Position numbers and translations under genes: made by a program | Assembly: GCA_036401175.1 (NCBI GenBank) | Contig: DASWVP010000220.1 | Span: forward strand, 212-64,211 | DNA: 64,000 nt | Direction: 5' to 3' | From: Azospirillum sp. | GTDB lineage: Bacteria; Pseudomonadota; Alphaproteobacteria; Azospirillales; Azospirillaceae | Shown here: in pieces, positions 1 to 9,349 of the stretch | Position numbering within the stretch: the first letter of the stretch is position 1 | How the letters are laid out: each line of letters starts with the position of its first letter | The notes under the pieces: generated by a model | Database searches by the model: none | What the model was told of the DNA's origin: nothing | What the model saw: only the letters and a program-made list of their open reading frames with translations

Positions 1-299
1 GGGCGCCGCAGTACCCGCAGGCCGGCAACTTCGGCACCCGCGGCAAGATGGACAAGTGCACCTTCTGCTCGGGCGGCCCGGAAGCCGACAACTCCGACGC
101 CGAGTACAAGAAGTACGGCCGCAACCGGCTGGCCGAAGGCAAGCTGCCGCTGTGCGCCGAGCTGTGCTCGACCAAGGCACTCTTGGCCGGTGACGGCGAC
201 AAGGTGGCGGACATCTACCGCGAGCGCGTGGTGGCGCGCGGCTTCGGCTCCGGCGCCTGGGGCTGGGGCACCGCCTATCAGATGAAGGCGGGGTCGTAG
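1..299 (+). CDS. Formate dehydrogenase iron-sulfur (beta) subunit, 3' part; truncated by window start
   Basis: Reads APQYPQAGNFGTRGKMDKCTFCSGGP...GRNRLAEGKLPLCAELCSTKALLAGD, typical of the FDH3 beta C-terminus; directly upstream of a gamma subunit. Confidence 0.92.
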   Translation, partial: APQYPQAGNFGTRGKMDKCTFCSGGPEADNSDAEYKKYGRNRLAEGKLPLCAELCSTKALLAGDGDKVADIYRERVVARGFGSGAWGWGTAYQMKAGS

Positions 300-306
300 C
301 GCAACA

Positions 307-539
307 AGTCCCTCCCCCTGCTCCGCAGGGGGAGGGAAGCCCGCGACAGCGGGCAGGGTGGGGGCAGCGGCCTGCCCGAGAATCCACGCGTAGGTTGGGT
401 TGAGCGCCAGCGAAAACCCAACATCCTTCGCATGGCGGACACGTTGGGTTTTCGCCTGCGGCTCAACCCAACCTACGATGCCTCGGATCCTTGGAACGCC
501 GCTGCCCCCTCCCTCCCCGCCGGAGGCGAGGGAGGGACT
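307..539. repeat. Nested palindromic intergenic element: outer CCCTCCCC-type inverted pair enclosing a GTAG-type REP pair
   Basis: 307-371 (agtccctccccc...gggggcagcggc) is an imperfect reverse complement of 498-539 (gccgctgccccc...gggagggact); encloses 389-477. Confidence 0.8.
389..477. repeat. GTAG-family REP doublet (inverted pair)
   Basis: cgtaggttgggttgagcgccagcgaaaacccaac ... gttgggttttcgcctgcggctcaacccaacctacg; the same unit recurs at 3888-3964. Confidence 0.88.
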
Positions 540-563
540 ATTACGTCGAGCGGAGGTACCCTT

Positions 564-1598
564 ATGACGTCGTGGACCAAGGCGGCTCTGCCCTGCGCGC
601 TGGGGGCCGTGCTGCTCCTCGTGGCGGCGGTGACGGCTGGAACGCCGCCGGTGCGGGCGGGGGAGCCGGTTCCGCCGGTGCCGACCCAGTCGGCGACCGG
701 CGCCAGCGAGGCCGAGATGTGGCAGGCGATCCGCCAGGGCGCGGTCGGCAGCACCACCCTGCCCAACCCGAGCGCCGGCCTGCTGATCCAGTCGGACGGG
801 GACCAGTGGCGGCACCTGCGCAACGGGCCGATCGTCACCTACGGCACCTGGGCGATGGCCGGCATCCTGGCCGTGCTGGCGCTGTTCTTCCTGCTGCGCG
901 GCCGCATCCGCATCGACGGGCCGAAGACCGGGCGCACGGTCGAGCGGTTCAACCTGCTGGAGCGCGCCACCCACTGGCTGACCGCCGGCAGCTTCATCGT
1001 GCTGGCGCTGACCGGGCTGAACGTGCTGTACGGCCGCTGGGCGCTGCTGCCGCTGATCGGGCCGGAGCCGTTCGCGCTGCTCGCCGGCTGGGGCAAGCTG
1101 GCGCACAACTACCTGGGCTTCGCCTTCATCCTGGGCGTCGTGCTGACCTTCCTGCTGTGGGTGCGGCACAACCTGCCCGACCGCACGGACGCCGGCTGGA
1201 TCCTGCGCGCCGGCGGGCTGTTTTCCAAGGGCGTGCACCCGCCCGCCAGGAAGTTCAACGCCGGGCAGAAGGTGATCTTCTGGTCGGTGGTCGTCGGCGG
1301 CGCCGTCCTGGGCTTCACCGGCATCCAACTGCTGTTCCCGTTCTATTTCGGCACGCTGGCCGACATGCAGTTCTACCAGACCGTTCACGCCATCGCGGCG
1401 CTGGCCATGGTGGTGATCATCATCGGCCACGTCTACATCGGCTCGATCGGCATGGAAGGCGCCTTCGCCGCCATGAGCAGCGGGCAGGTGGAGGAGGAAT
1501 GGGCGCGCGAGCACCACGCCCTGTGGCTCGCCGAGGTCAAGGGCGAACGCCCCACCGGCCGCCCCGGCGGCCACCACGGCCACGCCCCGGCGGAATGA
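564..1598 (+). CDS. fdnI: Formate dehydrogenase gamma subunit (cytochrome b556) with N-terminal signal/periplasmic extension
   Basis: RFNLLERATHW, LAHNYLGF, KFNAGQK, HAIAA, GHVYIG, WAREHH heme-ligand motifs; GGAGG at 552-556 supports ATG 564. Confidence 0.93.
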   Translation: MTSWTKAALPCALGAVLLLVAAVTAGTPPVRAGEPVPPVPTQSATGASEAEMWQAIRQGAVGSTTLPNPSAGLLIQSDGDQWRHLRNGPIVTYGTWAMAGILAVLALFFLLRGRIRIDGPKTGRTVERFNLLERATHWLTAGSFIVLALTGLNVLYGRWALLPLIGPEPFALLAGWGKLAHNYLGFAFILGVVLTFLLWVRHNLPDRTDAGWILRAGGLFSKGVHPPARKFNAGQKVIFWSVVVGGAVLGFTGIQLLFPFYFGTLADMQFYQTVHAIAALAMVVIIIGHVYIGSIGMEGAFAAMSSGQVEEEWAREHHALWLAEVKGERPTGRPGGHHGHAPAE

Positions 1599-1645
1599 CT
1601 GGCGGAATGATCGGCGACGGTGGCGGTTGTTGACGGGTGTCCCCG

Positions 1646-1924
1646 CTACTCCGCCGCCGGCTTGCTGGGCGGGGCGTAGGCGATGGGGATGGGCAGGCGG
1701 GCGTTGACGTCGCTGATGCGCTCGCTCATGCCATCGAGCCGGCCACGCACCTCGCCCCGGAACTCGGCGATGTATTCGCGCAGTTCGGCGTTCTCTTTGC
1801 GCAGGCTGGTCGTGGATTCGGTGAGAGCCGCTTCCAGCCGGTCGATCCGCGTGTCCTGCCGACGCACGAGTTCGATCAGCAGGTCGATCTTCGCCAGAAC
1901 TTCGGGGGTGTCGCCGGTCGCCAA
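1646..1924 (-). CDS. Small coiled-coil hypothetical protein
   Basis: 92-aa ORF, TTG start with GGAGG upstream, heptad-rich sequence, coding-like codon usage. Confidence 0.7.
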   Translation of the reverse strand: MATGDTPEVLAKIDLLIELVRRQDTRIDRLEAALTESTTSLRKENAELREYIAEFRGEVRGRLDGMSERISDVNARLPIPIAYAPPSKPAAE

Positions 1925-2066
1925 GAGCGCCTCCGTTGAAAATCCCCCTCAGCATACACCCGAGTTCACCGCGATCCAAGCGGTCCCGTTTTCATTGACA
2001 ATATTCCTATCAATCGCCATCATGGATGCCCTCGTGGCAACAGGCGCTGAACCGGTGCGGTGAACG

Positions 2067-3116
2067 ATGCGGCAGCCGACCCAATCCTCCCACCACCGAA
2101 ACGCGCCGCCGTGCACGGGGCTCCTCGATGAAACCCCCCTGGCGAAAGTGTTTCATGGCGTTTCATTGGGTAACATTTCCTTCCTGGTCCTGGCCCTCCT
2201 CCTGCTCCTCACAGGCTTCCCCGCCCGCGCCGACCTGATCGGCCATGGGGCGATGGTCAACGCCGTCGCCGTGTCGCCGGACGGCACCCGCGCGCTGTCG
2301 GGAAGCTGGGACTACTCGGCCATCCTCTGGGAACTGCCGGCGCGCAAGGAACTGCGCGTCCTTCAGGGCCACGACGGCGGCGTCAACGCCGTGGCCTTCC
2401 TGCCCGACGGCCGGCGCGGCCTGACCGGCGGCCGGGACGCCGCCATCATGCTGTGGGACCTGGAGACGGGGGCGGTGCTGCGCCGCTTTCCGGGCCACGT
2501 CGGCAACGTCGTCGCCCTGGCCGTGGCGCCCGGCGGGCGGCGCTTCGCCTCGGCAAGCTGGGACCCGTCGGTGAAGGTGTGGGACGTCGAGACCGGCGCC
2601 GTCGTGGCGACGCTGAACGGCCACACCGCCAACGTCAACGGCGTCGCCTTCACGCCCGACGGCACGCGGCTGGTGTCGGTCGGCTACGACTTCCAGATCC
2701 GCGTCTGGGACACCGCCGACTGGAAGGAACTGGCCGTGCTGGAAGGGCACGAGGGCAGCGTCAACGCCGTCGCCGTGGCGCCGGACGGCCGCACCGCCGC
2801 CACCGTGTCCAGCGACGAGACGGTGCGCCTGTGGGACATCAAGGATCTCAAGCCGCTGGGCGGCTGGCGGGGGCACGAGGGGTTCGTCACCTCCGTCACC
2901 TACACGCCGGACGGGCGCGGGCTGCTCACCGGCGGTGGCGGCGACCGCACCGTGCGGCTGTGGGACGCCGCCACGCACAAGCCGCTCGCCTCCTTCCAGG
3001 GCCACGGGAAGCCGGTGTGGGCGCTGGCCTGCACACCGGACGGCGGCACGGCGCTGTCCGCCGGCTACGACGCGGTGGTCAAGTTGTGGGACCTCGTCCC
3101 GTACCGCCGGCCTTGA
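2067..3116 (+). CDS. WD40-repeat beta-propeller protein, probably exported; true start may be ~2148
   Basis: About seven GH...V..VA.SPDG...S.D..V.LWD repeats; hydrophobic stretch ending FPARA|D resembles a signal peptide. Confidence 0.9.
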   Translation: MRQPTQSSHHRNAPPCTGLLDETPLAKVFHGVSLGNISFLVLALLLLLTGFPARADLIGHGAMVNAVAVSPDGTRALSGSWDYSAILWELPARKELRVLQGHDGGVNAVAFLPDGRRGLTGGRDAAIMLWDLETGAVLRRFPGHVGNVVALAVAPGGRRFASASWDPSVKVWDVETGAVVATLNGHTANVNGVAFTPDGTRLVSVGYDFQIRVWDTADWKELAVLEGHEGSVNAVAVAPDGRTAATVSSDETVRLWDIKDLKPLGGWRGHEGFVTSVTYTPDGRGLLTGGGGDRTVRLWDAATHKPLASFQGHGKPVWALACTPDGGTALSAGYDAVVKLWDLVPYRRP

Positions 3117-3169
3117 CGGCGCCGCACCCGCGTGGCTCCCTCAAGCCCCCTCACACCGATGGACCCGTC

Positions 3170-3868
3170 ATGAGCACGCCCGACACCCGCGACCTTCGCC
3201 AGGCGATCATCGACACCTGCCTCGCCATGAACCGGCTGGGCATCAACCAGGGCTCGTCCGGCAACCTGTCGGTGCGGGTCGAGGGCGGCTTCCTGGTCAC
3301 CCCGTCCAGCCTCGCCTACGACCGCACGACGCCCGACGACATCGTCCCCATGGGCTTCGACGGCACCTACGCGGGCGAGCAGCGCCCCTCCTCGGAATGG
3401 CGCATCCACCGCGACGTGCTGGCGGCCCGAGCGGACATGGAGGTGGTGCTCCACGCCCACCCCACCTTCGTCACCGCGCTGGCCGTGCACGGGCGCGGCA
3501 TCCCCAGCTTCCACTACATGGTCGCGGTGGCCGGCGGCGACGACATCCGCTGCGCCCCCTACGCCACCTTCGGCACGCAGGACCTGTCGGACAACGCGCT
3601 GAAGGCGCTGGAGGGGCGGACGGCCTGCCTGCTGGGCAACCACGGCATGGTCGTGCTGGGCAAGACGCTGGACGCGGCGCTGGCCCTGGCGGTGGAGGTG
3701 GAGACGCTGGCGCGCCAGTACGTGTTCGCCCTCTCCCTGGGCCAGCCTGCCATCCTGCCGCCCGACGAGATCGCCCGCGTCGCCGACAAGATGCGCCGCA
3801 TGAAGTACGGCCAGGGCGGCGGCGGCATGGAGCCGGACCCCGACGCCCCGCGCCGCCGCGACGCCTGA
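3170..3868 (+). CDS. Class II aldolase/adducin family protein (FucA/Ald2-like)
   Basis: GSSGNLSVR, PSSEWRIH, LHAHP and LGNHGM zinc/catalytic motifs. Confidence 0.9.
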   Translation: MSTPDTRDLRQAIIDTCLAMNRLGINQGSSGNLSVRVEGGFLVTPSSLAYDRTTPDDIVPMGFDGTYAGEQRPSSEWRIHRDVLAARADMEVVLHAHPTFVTALAVHGRGIPSFHYMVAVAGGDDIRCAPYATFGTQDLSDNALKALEGRTACLLGNHGMVVLGKTLDAALALAVEVETLARQYVFALSLGQPAILPPDEIARVADKMRRMKYGQGGGGMEPDPDAPRRRDA

Positions 3869-3887
3869 ACCCTAAACCGACAAAGGT

Positions 3888-3964
3888 GTTGGGTTTTCAC
3901 CTTCGGTTCAACCCAACCTACGACGCCCCCGTAGGTTGGGTTGAGCGCCAGCGAAAACCCAACG
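3888..3964. repeat. GTAG-family REP doublet between convergent genes
   Basis: Reverse copy 3888-3922 and forward copy 3930-3963, the latter identical to 389-422. Confidence 0.88.
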
Positions 3965-3975
3965 TCCGCCGTTCT

Positions 3976-4662
3976 TCAACGCCCGGTCATGCGGACCAGC
4001 GCGCGCAGCCGGCGCACGGTCTCGGCGTCCGGCTCGCCGCTCAGGCATTCCGGGTGGAAGTGCCGCTGGAAGGCCAGCAACGCCCTGGGGCAGTCGGCGT
4101 CGTAGCCATAGCGCGCCAGCAGCGCCCGCACCTCCGCCGCGTCGAACGGGCCGTCGTCCGCCATGGCCGGGGCGGGCCACAGGCCGATGCCGGCGCGGGC
4201 GAGGCGGGGCCAGTCGAACAGCTCGCCGGGGTCCTCCTTGCGCTCCGGGGCGATGTCGGAATGGCCGATGACGTCCGCCGCGCCGATGCCGTGCCGCCCC
4301 ATCACGGCGCGGCACAGGTTCTCCACGGCGTCCATCTGCGCGGGCGGAAAGGGGCGGTAGCCGAACTCGTGGCCTGGGTTGACGATCTCGATGCCGATAG
4401 ACCGGCTGTTGACGTCACCCACGCCGCGCCAGGACCCGGCACCGGCGTGCCACGCGCGGCGCTCCTCCGGCACGTGGGCATAGACGGTGCCGTCCTCGTC
4501 CACCGTGTAGTGGGCGCTGACCTGCGCCGCCGGGTCGCACAGCCGCTCCAGCGCGTGGCGCGCGGTGGGCATGCCGGTGTAGTGCAGGATCAGCAGCTCG
4601 GCCCGCGCGCCGTCCGGGCGGGGGCCGTGGTTGGGGGAGGGGAGGTGGAGGAGGCGGGTCAT
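3976..4662 (-). CDS. N-acetylmuramoyl-L-alanine amidase (AmiD/AmpD, amidase_2)
   Basis: LILHYT, VSAHY, RAWHAG, NSRSIGIEI, GHSDIAPERKEDPG motifs; start overlaps the EamA stop. Confidence 0.93.
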   Translation of the reverse strand: MTRLLHLPSPNHGPRPDGARAELLILHYTGMPTARHALERLCDPAAQVSAHYTVDEDGTVYAHVPEERRAWHAGAGSWRGVGDVNSRSIGIEIVNPGHEFGYRPFPPAQMDAVENLCRAVMGRHGIGAADVIGHSDIAPERKEDPGELFDWPRLARAGIGLWPAPAMADDGPFDAAEVRALLARYGYDADCPRALLAFQRHFHPECLSGEPDAETVRRLRALVRMTGR

Positions 4663-5537
4663 GTCAGATTGGTGACCTTCTCGTTCACCACCTTGGGCAG
4701 GCGCAGCACGATCAGGCCGACGCCGGCCACGGTGACGAGGCCGCCCAGCGCCAGCCGCCACGTCAGCGGCTCGTCCAGCAGCAGCACGCCCGAGGCCACG
4801 CCGAACAGCGGCACCAGCAGCATGTACGGCACCGCCTGGTTGACGTCGTAGCGGCGCAGCAAACGGTACCACAGCCCGTAGGCGACGATGGTCGCCATAA
4901 CGGCGATGTAGGCCACGGCGCCCCAGCCCCACAGGCTGGCGTTGGCGATGGCCTCCGCCTGTCCGCTCTCCAGCAGCAGCGACAGGACCAGCAACTGCGG
5001 GGCGGCGAACAGCGCCATCCAGGCATTGAGCGCGAAGCCGTCCACCGAGCCCAGACGCTTGATCTGCACGCTGGCCAACGCGAAGGCGAGGCTGGCGGCG
5101 ACGACCAGGAACAGCGGCGTCAGGTTGCCGGCCAGCCGCGGCTCGCCGGCGATCAGCAGCACGCCGGCGAAGGCCACCACCATCCCGAAGGCGCGCTTCC
5201 AGCCCAGCTTGTCCTTGAAGAACAGCGCCGCCAGCAGCGAGGCGAACGGCACCTGGAGCTGCGCGGCGACCGACGCGGTGGCGGCGTCCAGCCCCTTGAT
5301 GCCGTTGAACATCAGCGGAAAGTGGACGGCGCCGAGGATGACCGACAGCAGCAGGACGCCGCGCATCCGCCCGCGCGGCATCCGCACGAAGGGCAGCAGC
5401 AGCGCCGCCACCAGCGTGAAGCGCAGCGCCATCATCAGCATCGGCGGGAACTCCGCCAGACCGATCTTGGCGGCGACGAAGTTCAGCCCCCACAGCGCCA
5501 TGACCAGCAGCGCCAGGGCGACGTCCTGCGGCGTCAT
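4659..5537 (-). CDS. EamA/DMT family transporter
   Basis: LWGLNFVAAK start, about 10 TM helices, two EamA repeats. Confidence 0.92.
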   Translation of the reverse strand: MTPQDVALALLVMALWGLNFVAAKIGLAEFPPMLMMALRFTLVAALLLPFVRMPRGRMRGVLLLSVILGAVHFPLMFNGIKGLDAATASVAAQLQVPFASLLAALFFKDKLGWKRAFGMVVAFAGVLLIAGEPRLAGNLTPLFLVVAASLAFALASVQIKRLGSVDGFALNAWMALFAAPQLLVLSLLLESGQAEAIANASLWGWGAVAYIAVMATIVAYGLWYRLLRRYDVNQAVPYMLLVPLFGVASGVLLLDEPLTWRLALGGLVTVAGVGLIVLRLPKVVNEKVTNLT

Positions 5538-7363
5538 GCGCGGCCGCCTTCAAGCTCCTCGCGCAGGGTTTCCAGTTCCAGCCAGCGCTCCTCGGCGGCC
5601 ATCAGCTCGGCTTGGCGGGCGTGCAGCGCCTCGGAGGTCTTCTGGAACTTGGCGGGATCGCGGGCGAACAGGTCCGGGTCGGCCAGCGCCGCCTCGAACC
5701 GGGCGATCTCGGCGCCCAGCTTGTCCATGCGGCCGGGCAGTTCGTCCAGCTCGCGCTGGTCCTTGTAGCTGAGCTTGCCGCGCGGCTTGGCGGGCTGGGC
5801 CGGCGCGTCGGCCGGCTTGGCCTTGGGCGCGGCGACCGCTTTGGCGGCGGCCGGGCGGCGCTGCACCAGATAGTCGGAATAGCCGCCGGCGTATTCGGTG
5901 GCCGTGCCGTCGCCCTCCACCGCGATGGTGCTGGTGACCAGCCGATCGAGGAAGTCGCGGTCGTGGCTGACCAGCAGCAGCGTGCCGGGATAGTCGCCCA
6001 GCACGTCCTCCAGCAGGTCCAGCGTATCCATGTCCAGGTCGTTGGTCGGCTCGTCGAGGATCATCAGGTTGCTGGGCCGGGCGAACAGGCGGGCCAGCAG
6101 CAGCCGGTTGCGCTCGCCGCCCGACAGGCTCTTGACCGGGCTGTCGAGCTGGCGGGTGTCGAACAGGAAGTCCTTCATGTAGCCGGCGACGTGGCGCGGC
6201 TGGCCGTTCACCATCACGCTGTCGCCGCCAAAGGGGCACAGCACGCGGCGGATCGTGTCCTCCGGGTCCAGCCCCTCGCGCCGCTGGTCGAAATAGGCCG
6301 GCTCCAGGTTTGTGCCCAGCTTCACGGTGCCGCCGTCGGGCGGCAACTGGCCGGTGAGCATCTTCAGCAGCGTCGACTTGCCCGCCCCGTTGGGGCCGAT
6401 CAGGCCGACGCGGTCGCCGCGCAGGATGCGGGTCGAGAAGTCCTTGATGATGACCTTGCGGCCTTCCGGCGTGTCGAAGGCCTTGGCGATGTGCTCCGCC
6501 TCGATAACCAGACGGCCGCCGCGCTCGCTCTCGGATATCGCCAGCTTGGCCTGCTGGCCGCCCTTGATCTGTTCGGCGCGGTCGGTGCGCAGCTGCATCA
6601 GCGCGCGCACGCGGCCCATGTTGCGGGTGCGCCGGGCGGAAATGCCCTCGCGCAGCCACTTCATCTCGCCCTCGATCTTGCGTTCGAGCTTCTGCGCGGC
6701 GATCTCGTCGGAGGCGAACACCTCGGCCTGCCATTCCTCGAACGCGGCGAACCCGCGGTCGGTGGCGCGGACGGTGCCGCGGTCGAGCCACAGCGTGCGC
6801 TTGGCGAGCTTGTTGAGGAAGGCGCGGTCGTGGCTGATCAGCAGCAACCCGCCGCGATACGCCTGCAGCTCCTCCTCCAGCCACTCGATGGTGGGCAGGT
6901 CCAGGTGGTTGGTCGGCTCGTCCAGCAGCATCACGTCCGGCTCGCCGACCAGCGTGCGGGCCAGTGCCGCGCGACGCGCCTCGCCGCCCGACAGCGTGGC
7001 CGGCGCGAGGTGGCCGGCGATGCCCACATGGTCGAGCACGGCGTCGACGCGGTGCGCCTCGTCCTGCTCGGGTGCCGGCAGGCCGGCGGCCACATAGTCG
7101 TGCACGGTGGCGAAGCCGGTGAAGTCCGGCTCCTGCGGCAGGTAGGCGACGCGCACGCCGGGCTGCACGAAGACGGTGCCGCCGTCCGGCTGCGCGATGC
7201 CGGCCAGCACCTTCATCAGCGTCGACTTGCCGGTGCCGTTGCGGCCAACGAGGCAAGCCTTGTCGCCGCGGGCGATGGCGAGGTCGATGCCTTCGAACAG
7301 CGGCCGGCCGCCGAAGGTGACGGCGACGCCCTGCAAGGCGACGATGGGGGCGGGAGGGGGCAT
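5534..7363 (-). CDS. uup: ABC-F family ATPase Uup
   Basis: Two ABC domains (GRNGTGKS, LSGGE, LDEPTNHLD; GPNGAGKS, LSGGERNR, LDEPTNDLD) and C-terminal KLSYKDQREL...EERWLELE coiled coil. Confidence 0.92.
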   Translation of the reverse strand: MPPPAPIVALQGVAVTFGGRPLFEGIDLAIARGDKACLVGRNGTGKSTLMKVLAGIAQPDGGTVFVQPGVRVAYLPQEPDFTGFATVHDYVAAGLPAPEQDEAHRVDAVLDHVGIAGHLAPATLSGGEARRAALARTLVGEPDVMLLDEPTNHLDLPTIEWLEEELQAYRGGLLLISHDRAFLNKLAKRTLWLDRGTVRATDRGFAAFEEWQAEVFASDEIAAQKLERKIEGEMKWLREGISARRTRNMGRVRALMQLRTDRAEQIKGGQQAKLAISESERGGRLVIEAEHIAKAFDTPEGRKVIIKDFSTRILRGDRVGLIGPNGAGKSTLLKMLTGQLPPDGGTVKLGTNLEPAYFDQRREGLDPEDTIRRVLCPFGGDSVMVNGQPRHVAGYMKDFLFDTRQLDSPVKSLSGGERNRLLLARLFARPSNLMILDEPTNDLDMDTLDLLEDVLGDYPGTLLLVSHDRDFLDRLVTSTIAVEGDGTATEYAGGYSDYLVQRRPAAAKAVAAPKAKPADAPAQPAKPRGKLSYKDQRELDELPGRMDKLGAEIARFEAALADPDLFARDPAKFQKTSEALHARQAELMAAEERWLELETLREELEGGRA

Positions 7364-7563
7364 GACGGGCGGCCGGCGAGTGGAAGGAGGCCCCTGTATA
7401 CCGTGCCGCACGGGCTTTTCGCGACCCCCATCGCGCGCAAGGGTGACCCGACTGGCGCCGCGCCGGCGCCGTGAATAGGCATGAATGCCTTAAATATCAT
7501 TTTACACAGATTTCCAATTGCGCCAATCTGGCTAATACTAAGGCCGATGTTCGAGTGGAGCGC

Positions 7564-8583
7564 ATGATGTCGGATGCCGTTTCGACCGTTGAGCAAAACC
7601 CCGGCGACGACGATCCGGGCGCGTCCGCCACCCCGGTCGCACCGGTGGTGCTGAGGGAGCCGGCCAACGATCCGGCGGCCCCGGCCACTGCCCCGACGGC
7701 GGTGACGGCGGTTCCGCCGGCATCCGACGCATCGTCCCAGCCGTTGCGGGTCGCCGACATCCACGCCGGCAACTACGATTCGCGGCATGCCGAGATCACC
7801 TATGTCTACGCCGCCAAGCCGAGCGAGTACGCGATCTATTTCGCGGGCGACGTCATGGTGCAGTACGCCGACGATCCCACCATCGAGAAGCAGCAGCGGC
7901 AGAGCATGCAGGCACTGGCCCCGGTGCGGGCGGAACTGAACGCCCTGCTCAAGGGGTGGAAGGAGCCGGTCGCCTATTACTGGAAGATCGCCTACGGCCT
8001 GCAGCTGGCGCTCGACGGCGACGGGCAGGCGGGCAAGGACGCGCTGGCGGCGGCCAGGAACGAACTGCTTCTCGACCGCGCGGCGGCGGGACGGCTGGAG
8101 TATCTGGCCTGGGCGGCGGGGGCCGGGGCGGTCATGCTGATCATCCTGGCGGTCGCCAGCCGGCTGTACCCCTTCACGCACACGGCGGACAACCTGTGGC
8201 TGGCCGCCAAGGCGGGGCTGGTCGGCGCCGCCTTTTCCATCGCGCTGGGCATCCGGGGTCGCAGCGTGGGCTTGGACATCGACCGTATCGACAACATCAC
8301 CGACGGCGTCCTGCGGCTGGGGATTGGCGTCATTTCGGCCGGCGTGCTGCTGCTGCTGATCGGGTCGGGCGTGGTTCCCAACGTCAAGGTGGGCGACGCG
8401 ACGCTGTCGGGCGGGCAGATGACTTGGCAGATGGTGCTGATCGTCGGCTTCGTCGCCGGCTTCCTGGAACGCCTCGTCCCCAACATCCTGGACAAGCGCG
8501 TGCCGCTGGCCGGCGACGCGACGGCCCCGGCCCCGGCGCCGGTCACGACCACGGCGGCGGCCGGCCCGGCGCCGACCACCTGA
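7564..8583 (+). CDS. Hypothetical multi-pass membrane protein
   Basis: GGAG before ATG; Pro/Ala-rich N-terminus, soluble domain, about four TM segments ending GFVAGFLERLVP. Confidence 0.8.
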   Translation: MMSDAVSTVEQNPGDDDPGASATPVAPVVLREPANDPAAPATAPTAVTAVPPASDASSQPLRVADIHAGNYDSRHAEITYVYAAKPSEYAIYFAGDVMVQYADDPTIEKQQRQSMQALAPVRAELNALLKGWKEPVAYYWKIAYGLQLALDGDGQAGKDALAAARNELLLDRAAAGRLEYLAWAAGAGAVMLIILAVASRLYPFTHTADNLWLAAKAGLVGAAFSIALGIRGRSVGLDIDRIDNITDGVLRLGIGVISAGVLLLLIGSGVVPNVKVGDATLSGGQMTWQMVLIVGFVAGFLERLVPNILDKRVPLAGDATAPAPAPVTTTAAAGPAPTT

Positions 8584-8599
8584 CGGGGGCGGGCCGGCC

Positions 8600-9349
8600 T
8601 CAGGCCAGCTGGCGCTCTTTCTGGATCTGGCCGTAGGCGGCGTTTATGGCGGCCATCTTGTCGTTGGCCAGCTCGACGAACTCCTCCGGCATGCCCTGGG
8701 CGATCAGGCGGTCGGGGTGATGCTCCTGCACGAGGCGGCGGTAGGCGGCCTTGATCTCCGCCGGGCCATCGCCGCGGTTCACCCCCAGCACGGCGTAAGG
8801 GTCGGTTTCGGCCCTGCCGCACAGCACGCAATGTTCGGCCATGATGCGGCGGAACTCGGCGTCGTCGAAGCCGAAGATGCCGGCGATCTCCCGCAGGTAG
8901 TGCAACTCCGCGTCGTGAACCTCGCCGTCGGCCTCGGCGATGCGCAGCAGGCTGGCCAGCAGCTCTTCAAGGACGGCGTGCCGTTCGGCGAACAGCCCGG
9001 CGATCTGCCGGGCGTAGACCTCGAAACCGGCGGAATCGCGGCGCGCCTGATCGAAGACGCGGCCGAGGTTCTTCATCTCGTCGGCCGGCACGTGGAACAG
9101 GCGCTTGAAGGTGTCGACCTCGACGCGCTTCACCGTGCCGTCGACCTTGGCCATCTTGGCCGAGAGCACGATGACGCCGATGGTGAAAGCGATGGACTTC
9201 ATCGCCTCCTCGGGCGGCTTCTGGGCCGGGGTCTCGTCGGCGCGGACGAGGTCGACCGCGTGGCCGGCGATGGCCCCCATGAGCGCGCCCAACGGCCCGC
9301 CCAGCGCGAAGCCCGCCGCCCCGCCAAGGATCTTGCCCCAGATGCTCAT
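8600..9349 (-). CDS. djlA: DjlA-like co-chaperone (TerB + DnaJ domains)
   Basis: MSIWGKILGG..GGPLGA N-terminus, AKMAKVDG TerB motif, J-domain DPYAVLG...HHPDRL. Confidence 0.9.
   Translation of the reverse strand: MSIWGKILGGAAGFALGGPLGALMGAIAGHAVDLVRADETPAQKPPEEAMKSIAFTIGVIVLSAKMAKVDGTVKRVEVDTFKRLFHVPADEMKNLGRVFDQARRDSAGFEVYARQIAGLFAERHAVLEELLASLLRIAEADGEVHDAELHYLREIAGIFGFDDAEFRRIMAEHCVLCGRAETDPYAVLGVNRGDGPAEIKAAYRRLVQEHHPDRLIAQGMPEEFVELANDKMAAINAAYGQIQKERQLA

Noticed and set aside
432-563. N-terminal extension of fdnI from ATG 432
   Set aside because: It translates REP sequence; the RBS supports ATG 564.
1589-1612. ggcggaatga tandem at the fdnI stop
   Set aside because: Two short copies only; no functional support.
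1995-2013. TTGAC...ATCAA as an FNR box before the WD40 gene
   Set aside because: Spacer is 9 nt, not 4.
3170-3868. Assignment as fucA or ald2 specifically
   Set aside because: No fucose or methionine-salvage neighbours in the window to fix the substrate.
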